Shown here: positions 7,040 to 15,106 of the stretch, one piece after another
Numbering within the stretch: position 1 is the stretch's first letter
Layout of the letters: the number at the start of each line of letters is the position of its first letter
Assembly (NCBI GenBank): GCA_035250975.1
Contig: DATFEP010000084.1
Span: forward strand, 1 to 15,500
Direction: 5' to 3'
Source: Nitrososphaeraceae archaeon
GTDB lineage: Archaea; Thermoproteota; Nitrososphaeria; Nitrososphaerales; Nitrososphaeraceae
DNA: 15,500 nt
Notes under the pieces: generated by a model
Told to the model about the DNA's origin: nothing
Database searches by the model: none
Seen by the model: only the letters and a program-made list of their open reading frames with translations
Position numbers and translations under genes: made by a program

Positions 7040-8209
7040 TTATTTCAGATTTAAAGCAGCAATTGTACTGGCAAAGGTTTCATATGGTACTGCACCTGGG
7101 ATTATACTTATTAGTTCGTTATCTTTCAGAAGAACAAATCCTGGGGTTCCAGAAAGTCCTATACTTCTTGCCAGCGAGTTATTTTCATCTACTAGATTTT
7201 GGTACTGCGCAGTTTGCACACAATTTTTAAATTTTTCTATATCTACAATCTGTACATTGGTTGCAAATTCTGTCAGGGAATCCAAAGTTATCCACTGCTG
7301 CGGTTCAGGTTTGAAATTATTAAATATCTCGTTTAAAAATTCCCAGTATTTGTTCTGTTCAGCGGCACAATATGATGCTAATGCAGCCTGATTGGACCCT
7401 TTGTATGCTCCACGATCATTTACAACGAAATCCTTGTACAGAAATTTTACCATTCCTTTATCCACAAAATTTTGTACTATTTTATCGAAACTTTGTTCAT
7501 GGAATTTATGACAGAACGGACATCTGTAATCTGCAAATTCAACTAGTGTTATCTTTGCATTAGGATCTCCAAGAGGTTTGACATTTTCTGATATGGGTTT
7601 AAGCAATTGTGGTACAGATTTAGAAACTAAAAATTTTTCCGAGTACTGTATCAAGGAATAGATCATTCTATCAGCAGTGGGTAAAGAACTGTAGTATTTT
7701 TCAGGTGTCGAAATGAATGACAGAAGGTACAGGTTCTTATTATCAAGAATTCCGAAGTCTACCTGAATTCTCTTTGTATTATCTGAATCGGTATAAGAAT
7801 AAACCAATTTGTGGGAGAACATCTTTTTGGCATTAGGGATTATCGAAGAATCTTCTAAGTGAAAGTTATTCAAGGTGCTGCTTTTGTCTTTTAGTGTTGC
7901 TTCAACGATAGATTTCATTGATATAAAATTTGAAGTAATAGGCATTGTACTTACTTTAACTACTTGTTTTGATGATGCATCTGGAGGATGAAATTCCACG
8001 TCCGTATTTGAAATTTCAGAAAAAGTCCAACTACTGGGATAATCAACCTTTATACTGGAATCCGCATTCTCATAAGCAGCAAATTTTTCTTTTTGTTCGT
8101 TGATTAAATCAGATGATGACGGTATAGTCCATTGAGCTTCAACATTCATGGTTAGAAAATAAAGAATGCATAATCCTGAGGATATCAATACAAATAGCTT
8201 AAAATTCAC
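7040..8209 (-). CDS. Exported PsbP-like domain fused to DsbA-family thioredoxin-fold disulfide oxidoreductase
   Basis: GTG start; signal peptide ending VEA-Q. PsbP-like signature YEN....IKVDYPSSW...LYLLSFISTPEKYYSSLPTADRMIYS. DsbA motifs LGDPNAKITLVEFADYRCPFC (CxxC at 7511-7522) and cis-Pro loop GLSGTPGF. Confidence 0.88.
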   Translation of the reverse strand: MNFKLFVLISSGLCILYFLTMNVEAQWTIPSSSDLINEQKEKFAAYENADSSIKVDYPSSWTFSEISNTDVEFHPPDASSKQVVKVSTMPITSNFISMKSIVEATLKDKSSTLNNFHLEDSSIIPNAKKMFSHKLVYSYTDSDNTKRIQVDFGILDNKNLYLLSFISTPEKYYSSLPTADRMIYSLIQYSEKFLVSKSVPQLLKPISENVKPLGDPNAKITLVEFADYRCPFCHKFHEQSFDKIVQNFVDKGMVKFLYKDFVVNDRGAYKGSNQAALASYCAAEQNKYWEFLNEIFNNFKPEPQQWITLDSLTEFATNVQIVDIEKFKNCVQTAQYQNLVDENNSLARSIGLSGTPGFVLLKDNELISIIPGAVPYETFASTIAALNLK

Positions 8210-8402
8210 TAAGTGGCATCATAGTATATTCTTATAAATTACATTGTCTTAGAGATATAACGACTGAGTTAAGAGAATTTCACAACAAAAACTACTATTG
8301 TTATAAAAAGTATCATATCATCAGTTGCAGAACTAAAAGAAATAAAATAAAATTCTATGAATACACGTAGATAGGTAGAATGATAAGATCATAGTAGTCA
8401 TC

Positions 8403-8540
8403 ATGTCAAACCAGTACCTCAATAAATTCATGGTTTTACCTGACAATGGATATTATTTCCTAGAATCAGAGATCATGATTAGATGGATGGATGGATATAT
8501 TTACCAGGTCCATTCAGAAGTTGGAGATATTGAAAATTGA
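8403..8540 (+). CDS. Possible small hypothetical protein (45 aa)
   Basis: Manual translation MSNQYLNKFMVLPDNGYYFLESEIMIRWMDGYIYQVHSEVGDIEN*. It fills the dsbA-cutA gap; no motif recognised. Confidence 0.25.
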   Translation: MSNQYLNKFMVLPDNGYYFLESEIMIRWMDGYIYQVHSEVGDIEN

Positions 8541-8623
8541 TGAACTTAAATTATATTTTAAAACATGAAAAATAGCTTATTTGTGAAAAAAAGGCGATCT
8601 CCTATATAAAGCTCTTAAAAATC

Positions 8624-8650
8624 TTATAATACAGCTATAATATCTATAGC
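8624..8650 (+). promoter_or_regulatory. cutA promoter: TATA box plus downstream 6-5-6 inverted repeat
   Basis: TTATAAT at 8624-8630 (27-33 nt before ATG 8657), followed by GCTATA-ATATC-TATAGC at 8634-8650. Confidence 0.45.
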
Positions 8651-8656
8651 AAGTAC

Positions 8657-8992
8657 ATGAGGCGGGGGAGAAACCAGTCAGCTGTAATAATACTATCAAC
8701 ATTCCCAAATAAGGAATCAATAATACAAAATGTAAACGAGGTAATTATCGAAAAAAAATTATGTGCATGTATAAGTCTCGTGCCTGTTAGGTCATTCTAT
8801 TCATGGAACAACAAACTTGAAGATCATGAAGAGATCATGGTGTTGTTCAAGACTACTAAATCCCTAGCCACCAAATTGAAATTGGAAATTGCTAGAATCC
8901 ATCCATATGACGTTCCTGAAATCATTGAAATGAAGATGAATGACGTTGCTAAATCATATCTAAAATGGATGATAGAATCCATAAAGAGCTAA
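8657..8992 (+). CDS. cutA: CutA divalent-cation tolerance protein (PII-like fold)
   Basis: Typical CutA motifs: STFP, KLCACI, SFYSW..KLE..EE, FKTT, IHPYDVPEII, YLKWM; 111 aa. Confidence 0.95.
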   Translation: MRRGRNQSAVIILSTFPNKESIIQNVNEVIIEKKLCACISLVPVRSFYSWNNKLEDHEEIMVLFKTTKSLATKLKLEIARIHPYDVPEIIEMKMNDVAKSYLKWMIESIKS

Positions 8993-9120
8993 ATTCTATA
9001 TCTTTCTTCTTGCTTCCAATCACCGATATTTGATTTACATTATACAGAACAAACAAAATTTATTTTCTTTTTTTGGTATAACGTTTTATACTTTAGAACC
9101 AAAGTATTAACAAAAAAATC

Positions 9121-9918
9121 TTGAATTCCCACAGTTGTCATTTTGAAATAGGATCTAAAACAGACATAGGACTAGTTAGAAAGAAAAATGAAGATTCTCT
9201 ATTTGTGGATGAAGATTTAAAGCTTTTTGTTATTGCAGATGGAATGGGTGGACATAGTGCTGGAGAAATAGCAAGTAAAATTGCAATAGACACAATTTCA
9301 CAGTATACAGTTGAAAGACTTAACAACGACGATGTACAAGAAAAAGACCTAAATAAACTACTTTTAGAATCAATAAATCTTGCAAATTCTAAGATATTGA
9401 AGGAGAGTACTGATAATCCCTATTTGAATGGAATGGGAACCACAGCTGTTTTTGCGATAACCTCAGAACAAGGTAATATCCATCTAGTAAATCTTGGGGA
9501 TAGCAGGGCTTATCTTATTGATAATAGGGTTCAAAATATTTCGAAATTAACTACAGATCACACACTAGTTGAAGATCATTTCAGAAGAGGTTTATTATCT
9601 AAAGAGGAGACAATAAAACACCCCATGCGTCATATACTGACACAATCTCTGGGATTAAATGAAGAGATTGTTCCTTTCCTAACCTACCTTAAATTTCCTG
9701 TAGGGAACTATCTTTTATTATGTTCTGATGGATTAAATGAGATGATGACAGATAAAGAAATTTTAAATGTCGTCACAGATCCTAAAATTAAAATTTGTCA
9801 AGAAAAATGCAATAAACTGGTAGAAATTTCAAATGAGAAAGGTGGAGTGGACAATATTTCAATAATATTAGTGAAAAATCTTGGACCTGATTCGACCAAT
9901 ACTGAAATTGTTGTTTGA
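9121..9918 (+). CDS. PP2C/PPM-family Ser/Thr protein phosphatase (PrpC/Stp1-like)
   Basis: TDIGLVRKKNED, IADGMGGH, GMGTT, NLGDSRAY, LTTDHT, HPMRHILTQSLG, LLCSDGL and GGVDNIS; all metal-binding Asp residues present. TTG start. Confidence 0.95.
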   Translation: MNSHSCHFEIGSKTDIGLVRKKNEDSLFVDEDLKLFVIADGMGGHSAGEIASKIAIDTISQYTVERLNNDDVQEKDLNKLLLESINLANSKILKESTDNPYLNGMGTTAVFAITSEQGNIHLVNLGDSRAYLIDNRVQNISKLTTDHTLVEDHFRRGLLSKEETIKHPMRHILTQSLGLNEEIVPFLTYLKFPVGNYLLLCSDGLNEMMTDKEILNVVTDPKIKICQEKCNKLVEISNEKGGVDNISIILVKNLGPDSTNTEIVV

Positions 9919-9922
9919 TCCC

Positions 9923-9929
9923 TTTTTTT
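9923..9929 (+). terminator. Oligo-T archaeal terminator after the PP2C gene
   Basis: T7 run starting 5 nt after the stop codon. The convergent pelota gene has its own T-rich tract ((TTTTTA)n on the minus strand, about 10008-10050). Confidence 0.45.
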
Positions 9930-10098
9930 ACAATCCATCTTATCTAATGTCAAATAAGTAACAAAAGATAAAATTTTTCCAGTAAAGTAAAATAAAAGAA
10001 GAGGAGATAAAAAAATAAAAATATTAATAAAAATAAAAATAAAAATAAAATTATATTAAATGAATCATTATGTCTACATCTTCCTTTTTTTCTTGAAT

Positions 10099-11172
10099 CT
10101 AGCGGATCTGGTAACGAAGAATGGCTACAATACCTCCAAGAGCAGAAACACGCCATCCTATGTCAGTGGATGAATCAACAGCGTAAACTTTTGCTCCGAG
10201 TGTTTCAGCACTATTTAAAAGATTTATTATATCATCTTCTTTTGAATCCTTAAAGACAGAATTGGAAAAAATTAGAGATTCGACAGACTTTATTTTCACT
10301 GCTTCGGAAACTTCTTTAAAACCCATAGCATATTTTTGCTCTCCTTTATTAACCTGAATCATAATTTGATCCAGAATATTAGATACAATCGAAATCTTAC
10401 TGGAGCTCATCACTTCCTTTATTGTGGGCGATCTGATAAATACAAGAACTCCATCTTCACCAGCAACATCAACACCATCAATTACCGAGGAAATATCTTT
10501 ATAGTTGGGTTTTTTACTATGGATATAATTTAGAAATTTTCTTTTCGTCTCTCCTGGACCGAATATTATTATTTTAAATTTTCCGTCTTCATAGATTAGA
10601 TTTACAAAAGCATTTGCTATTTCGTCAAAGAAAATTTCTATATTGGGATTGTTTCTGACATTCTGGGAATAATATTTCCCACTCTGTCCTGAATATATAT
10701 TTGGAATTATTTGTAAATGCGTGCCTGTAATCTTTGCAATTCCGGCTTCTTTTGTATCGATCGCAACTAGGATGAATGTACCAGCAACATCTGACTTAAG
10801 TAAATTAATTTCTAGTTCATCCCATTTCTTATTTTTTTCAATTACAAGTGAATTTCCAATCTGTACTAGTACAGAATGATATGTTCCCTTGGCAACAAGG
10901 CTGTTGTTTGATTCTGTAATAATACCAAATATACGTAGCCTGTCAATAGTTTCATCCAGATTGATTTTTTCAACTCTTATAGATACACGAATTTTAACTC
11001 TCTCCCTATCTGGCCTAGAAAATTCTTTATCAAATTTTATAACTCTAGTAGTATCCGAGATGACAGTATCCCCAAGTTTAACCACGCGTCTTAAAGCAAA
11101 GAGGTCGTCAGAATCCTCTGGGATCGCCAGTATTGCCTTACCTGAAGAACCCTTTACTTCTTTACTGATCAT
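10099..11172 (-). CDS. pelA: Pelota/Dom34 ribosome rescue factor
   Basis: IPEDSDDLFALRRVVKLGDTV..DTTR, RLRIFGII, GTYHS, IIFGPG, and C-terminal LGGIVAILRY; 357 aa, eRF1-like three-domain layout with no GGQ. Confidence 0.95.
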   Translation of the reverse strand: MISKEVKGSSGKAILAIPEDSDDLFALRRVVKLGDTVISDTTRVIKFDKEFSRPDRERVKIRVSIRVEKINLDETIDRLRIFGIITESNNSLVAKGTYHSVLVQIGNSLVIEKNKKWDELEINLLKSDVAGTFILVAIDTKEAGIAKITGTHLQIIPNIYSGQSGKYYSQNVRNNPNIEIFFDEIANAFVNLIYEDGKFKIIIFGPGETKRKFLNYIHSKKPNYKDISSVIDGVDVAGEDGVLVFIRSPTIKEVMSSSKISIVSNILDQIMIQVNKGEQKYAMGFKEVSEAVKIKSVESLIFSNSVFKDSKEDDIINLLNSAETLGAKVYAVDSSTDIGWRVSALGGIVAILRYQIR

Positions 11173-11245
11173 AGTGCTTTAAAAAAGGCAGATAATACCA
11201 TTTGTTACCTGTCATTTGACTTGATAATAATGCAATAACAACAGA

Positions 11246-11812
11246 TCATTGGTTTGAAGAAGACGTTATCGACGGCGATGATGATGATGATGAGGCTGAT
11301 GACGATACCGATGATGAGGGTTGTGAATCATCTCTGTTTGTAGAAATTTCACTTTCAGAACTGTAATTAGTTTTCTCTTTTTTATTACTACTTTTATTTT
11401 TCTTTGTAATATTCTTTGCAGATTCCAGATAGTCATTGACCCACTCCTGAGTCAGCACACCAGATTCGACAAGGTTAACCAACGCGTTAGCGGAAGCTGC
11501 CCCAGATACTTTACCTGTCTTTCTCCTTATCTGTCTCCATTTTAGTTGAGTATTACCACTTTTAGATGAGTAGATTATTCCTAATACGTCCTTTGCATTT
11601 ACAAAGGTCATTTCACGGATTCTTTTTAAAGTAACTTTATCGACTGCCTCGATATATATGGCACCAGGTCCCTCTTCACGTTCTGGAAAAACCTCAAAAT
11701 CACGTAGATAACTATCTGGAATGAACGATTTGCACGTACTTACAATAATAAACTGTCTAAAACTTTCAAGTGATGCAGTAGTATCTATATTAACCAATAT
11801 AACTTTAAACAT
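11246..11812 (-). CDS. Hypothetical protein (globular core plus Lys-rich and Ser-rich tail)
   Basis: Long ORF, co-oriented with pelota. The first 23 residues of the 11881 start read like AT-rich promoter sequence, so ATG 11812 (or TTG 11797) is preferred. The tail SSQPSSSVSSSASSSSSSPSITSSSN is encoded by (TCA)n. Confidence 0.8.
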   Translation of the reverse strand: MFKVILVNIDTTASLESFRQFIIVSTCKSFIPDSYLRDFEVFPEREEGPGAIYIEAVDKVTLKRIREMTFVNAKDVLGIIYSSKSGNTQLKWRQIRRKTGKVSGAASANALVNLVESGVLTQEWVNDYLESAKNITKKNKSSNKKEKTNYSSESEISTNRDDSQPSSSVSSSASSSSSSPSITSSSNQ

Positions 11813-11981
11813 AAAATTGCCACTTATCAAGTTTATGAAAAAAAAATTCACTTTTTTAATAAAAGATACTTGTATGAACAACTACTTGAAATTTGTAATG
11901 GTTTAAGATTCGTTACAAAGAATACTTTTGTCAAGAATATCTATAAATAAAAAATAAAGATATTCTCTTGGGAAATCCTAA

Positions 11982-12335
11982 CTATTTATATACGCTATTA
12001 TATTCAGATTTCTTTATCTCGATTGTGACTTTATCGCCAACCTTGATATTCATATCGTCATAATCTCTCATGCTGATCTTGAATGTAGGACTATCACCAG
12101 CCATTCCTCCTCCTCCGACGTTGCCGGATATCATTTTTGAAATATCACCCATTGCTTTTGGTAGATTTTTCATTAAGTCTTCCGGAGAAGTAAAAGCCAT
12201 AACATTAGCTCCAAAAGGGTTAAGCTTCTTATCACTTCCTGGTTTGTAGTCGTTAGGATCTGAGAATGTTACATAAACATAAGGACTTCCATCTTGTGTG
12301 GCCTCTATTCTAGAGGTAATGAATTCTTTTTTCAT
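11982..12335 (-). CDS. Hypothetical protein, 117 aa (split beta-barrel-like pattern, possibly arcadin-1-like)
   Basis: Clean ATG ORF with TATA-like TTATAAAG about 25-32 nt upstream. N-terminal hairpin SRIEATQDGSPYVYVTF, Gly/Met-rich middle, C-terminal PTFKISMRDYDDMNIKVGDKVTIEI. Confidence 0.8.
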   Translation of the reverse strand: MKKEFITSRIEATQDGSPYVYVTFSDPNDYKPGSDKKLNPFGANVMAFTSPEDLMKNLPKAMGDISKMISGNVGGGGMAGDSPTFKISMRDYDDMNIKVGDKVTIEIKKSEYNSVYK

Positions 12336-12440
12336 TCTAACTATGTTATATAAAATTGACTTTATAATTTTTTAGATTTCTTTACGGATCATCGTATTTA
12401 TTTTTTTAACAATACAGTATACATCAGTTTATAGTTAAAA

Positions 12441-13916
12441 TCAGATTGAATGTATCTCTTTTAAGAAGAGGCTAGTATCCAAATTGGAAAATGATGAGAG
12501 GTCGATATCCGACCCTGCAGACATCAAATCTTTAAGATAGTTTCCGGCTGCTTTCTCCAGCCACCATTTTTCACCAAACTTGTTTACAAGTGCTAAATCT
12601 AATTCGTTGGCTCTAATTGCAGCAAAAAGATAACTTGGAACATACATGATTGCTTCAGGAAGAATATGGTGTAACATCCAATACTCACCAGGAACTTTTA
12701 TTCCTGTGAATCTCTTTACCAGATCTGAATATAACGAGTTGGATTTACTAACATTTAGATCTTTTTTCCAAAAATCTGCTTTCATAAGAGAATTTGCTGA
12801 ATAAAAAGTTACAAAAAATAGCTCCATGAAATTATTTCGTTGTTCAAGTTTATCCAATAACTTAGAATCGTTTATTCCAAGGCTATTTTGTAGAAATATC
12901 CGATTTTTTGTTAGTCGTTCCAAGAGTATTGAAAATATTTCTGCCACGCCCATTGAAATAAAATATTTTTTCCAGTATTCTAGTTTTGAATTAATAGAAC
13001 TTGCATGCATCGCATGACCAGATTCATGAAAACAGCCCTGGAGATCGAAATATGGACTTTCACTTTTGTACAAAATTCTGATATCTTGTGGGATCTGAAC
13101 AAAAAAACAGATAGGCGACGGGTATTTGTCTTTTCTGTCTTCGAAATCAAAGCTAATTTTGGTTAGATCAAATGATAGAATCTTTAAAATTCTTTTTACT
13201 TCTTTTATTGGATCTATTTTGTGAAATACTTTCTGGAAATCATCATAGACTTTATTTCTAAAAAAATAGAAATCATCGTAGTATTCTGCGTTACGACCGA
13301 GAATCTCACTTGAAATATCCTCAAGGGTTTTTTCAAAAGGTTTTCTGGCTTTATTTCCCATATGAGTAACAAAATCTACAAGTTTTTCATATGAGATACG
13401 CTCGTGATATAAATAGCAATTCAAGGGATCGAGTGCAATTGTTCTTACAGATTTATTCTGATCACTTACTTTAGAGTATAGTTTCTTAATTTTCTTAAAC
13501 CTATCAAAGATTATAGGAGAGATATACCTTGTTGCAATAATAAATTCGTCAAACACCTCTTTTCTTTTTCCAGAATCTTTTTCATGACTGTTGTATTGTC
13601 TCCAATTATTCCAGTTAATAGGAATGCCATCGGGAAACAAATGTTTTTTTGATACAATTTTTTTTGTTCTTTGATCATGCAACTTTAACTCAAGATCTCT
13701 AGTTGATGATTCTACAAAACTATCTGCTACGGATACATAAAGATCTACAGGTTCGTCGTATGAATCAATAAATAATTTGGAATTCATAAATCTGAGTTTT
13801 GAAAGAGACAGAATATTCTTGTTAGAATATGGTAATCCAGAATATTTTTTATAAATTTCATCTGTTTCTGCAACTATCAAGCTTTCGTCTACATTACACC
13901 ATTGCTGAATATTCAT
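12441..13916 (-). CDS. Zinc metallopeptidase, gluzincin type (M3-like oligopeptidase)
   Basis: HExxH motif FHESGHAMH (13014-13028), third ligand in GVAEIFS, upstream RKDKYPSPICF and downstream YVPSYLFA as in M3-type peptidases; no signal peptide. Confidence 0.8.
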   Translation of the reverse strand: MNIQQWCNVDESLIVAETDEIYKKYSGLPYSNKNILSLSKLRFMNSKLFIDSYDEPVDLYVSVADSFVESSTRDLELKLHDQRTKKIVSKKHLFPDGIPINWNNWRQYNSHEKDSGKRKEVFDEFIIATRYISPIIFDRFKKIKKLYSKVSDQNKSVRTIALDPLNCYLYHERISYEKLVDFVTHMGNKARKPFEKTLEDISSEILGRNAEYYDDFYFFRNKVYDDFQKVFHKIDPIKEVKRILKILSFDLTKISFDFEDRKDKYPSPICFFVQIPQDIRILYKSESPYFDLQGCFHESGHAMHASSINSKLEYWKKYFISMGVAEIFSILLERLTKNRIFLQNSLGINDSKLLDKLEQRNNFMELFFVTFYSANSLMKADFWKKDLNVSKSNSLYSDLVKRFTGIKVPGEYWMLHHILPEAIMYVPSYLFAAIRANELDLALVNKFGEKWWLEKAAGNYLKDLMSAGSDIDLSSFSNLDTSLFLKEIHSI

Positions 13917-14296
13917 TTAAGACAAATCAAAATATACTATTCAATATATTTATAAATATAATATTTTTAGGTATGGAAAGTGATAGATAACTAACAATTA
14001 CCAACCATAGAATAAAGAGCAATCCAATAGAGAGGATAAACATAAGCACATGATTTAGTCAAAAATTACTGAATTAAATTATATAAATTATATAATTATC
14101 CATAATTGTAATCCGACTATCGATTAATTAAACAATCACAATATGATGGATGAGAAGATCTAAAATTAATTATTTTTTATATATTTGTATATTTTGTTTT
14201 ATTCTGAAAATGTTTACAAAAAATTACTAGTTGGTTATGGAAAGATGACACTGTAGTTTAAGATCTGAAATAGTCTAATTCTATGGATAGGGAGTC

Positions 14297-14956
14297 ATGG
14301 ATAACCAATTTGATAATAACTGGATCAAGAAAGACAAAAAGAATAATTCTTTTGATAGTTTGAAAGAAAGTCTAAAACCTCAACAACCATTGAAGCCTAA
14401 AATGGAGATAGCAAAAAATAAGATTCAAACGCAAAATAGGAAGCTTGACGCAATGCTAGATAGACTAAAGGCAAAGGAAAAAATGTATTTTGAGCAAGTA
14501 GTTAGCTCTTTACAGAAACACGATTCACAACAAGGAAAGATGGTCTCTGTGGAGTTAGCTCAGGTGAGAAAAACCGCAAGAACAATGGCTCAATTAAAGC
14601 TGGCATTAGAACAAGTTCATATGAGATTAGAATCTACGATAGATATGGGTGATTCGATGGCAGCATTAGGTCCTGCTATGGGAGCCCTTTCACAAATCAA
14701 ATCTAAAATTAACCTTGTTTTACCTGATGCAGACACTGAATTAAACGATATTAATAGTGCCTTTAATGATATATTGAATAATGCCAGTGGAATTGGGAAC
14801 AACACATTTGATTTTAATAGTAATAACGAAGATGTTTCAAAGATCTTGGCAGAAGCCAATTTTGTCGCAGAACAAAGGACAAGCATGGACATACCAGATG
14901 TTCCAGGGGACAGAATTCGTCAAAAATCAAATTCATTCAAAGAGTATCCGCAATAA
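14297..14956 (+). CDS. cdvB: ESCRT-III/Snf7-family protein, CdvB paralog
   Basis: PLKPKME.A...IQ.Q..KLD coiled coil, ELAQVRK, LEQVHMRLESTIDMGD, LGPAM, and EDVSKILAEA..VAE....PDVP tail. 219 aa, with no C-terminal winged-helix domain apparent. Which paralog (CdvB1/2/3-type) cannot be determined. Confidence 0.9.
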   Translation: MDNQFDNNWIKKDKKNNSFDSLKESLKPQQPLKPKMEIAKNKIQTQNRKLDAMLDRLKAKEKMYFEQVVSSLQKHDSQQGKMVSVELAQVRKTARTMAQLKLALEQVHMRLESTIDMGDSMAALGPAMGALSQIKSKINLVLPDADTELNDINSAFNDILNNASGIGNNTFDFNSNNEDVSKILAEANFVAEQRTSMDIPDVPGDRIRQKSNSFKEYPQ

Positions 14957-15106
14957 TGTAAAAAGTAAAAACTTTTAATTTTTTGAACCAATTTTTGAAA
15001 GAATGTAAATGAGTCACAGGTTTTTTTTGAAATTTGAACCGGAATTGAAATCAGAATTACATTAAAAAGTAATTGAAAAACAGAAATCAAAACTAAATAC
15101 TAAATC

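Noticed and set aside
6987-7563. Plus-strand ORFs 6987..7391 and 7372..7563
   Set aside because: Antisense to the well-supported DsbA-like gene.
9138-11906. ORFs 9138..9326, 9950..10156, 10336..10533, 10889..11182 and 11721..11906
   Set aside because: They overlap PP2C, pelota or the hypothetical gene. The apparent TM helix in 9950..10156 comes from the (TTTTTA)n terminator tract.
5308-11964. Identical 15-mer AAAAATAAAGATATT at 5308-5322 and 11950-11964
   Set aside because: Almost purely A/T; expected by chance or as generic T-rich terminator sequence.
13945-13960. Perfect 16-bp palindrome TATATTTATAAATATA
   Set aside because: A/T only and positioned as the TATA box of the peptidase gene; no separate explanation needed.
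12826-14978. ORFs 12826..13017, 14617..14892 and 14781..14978
   Set aside because: Shadows of the peptidase and cdvB genes.
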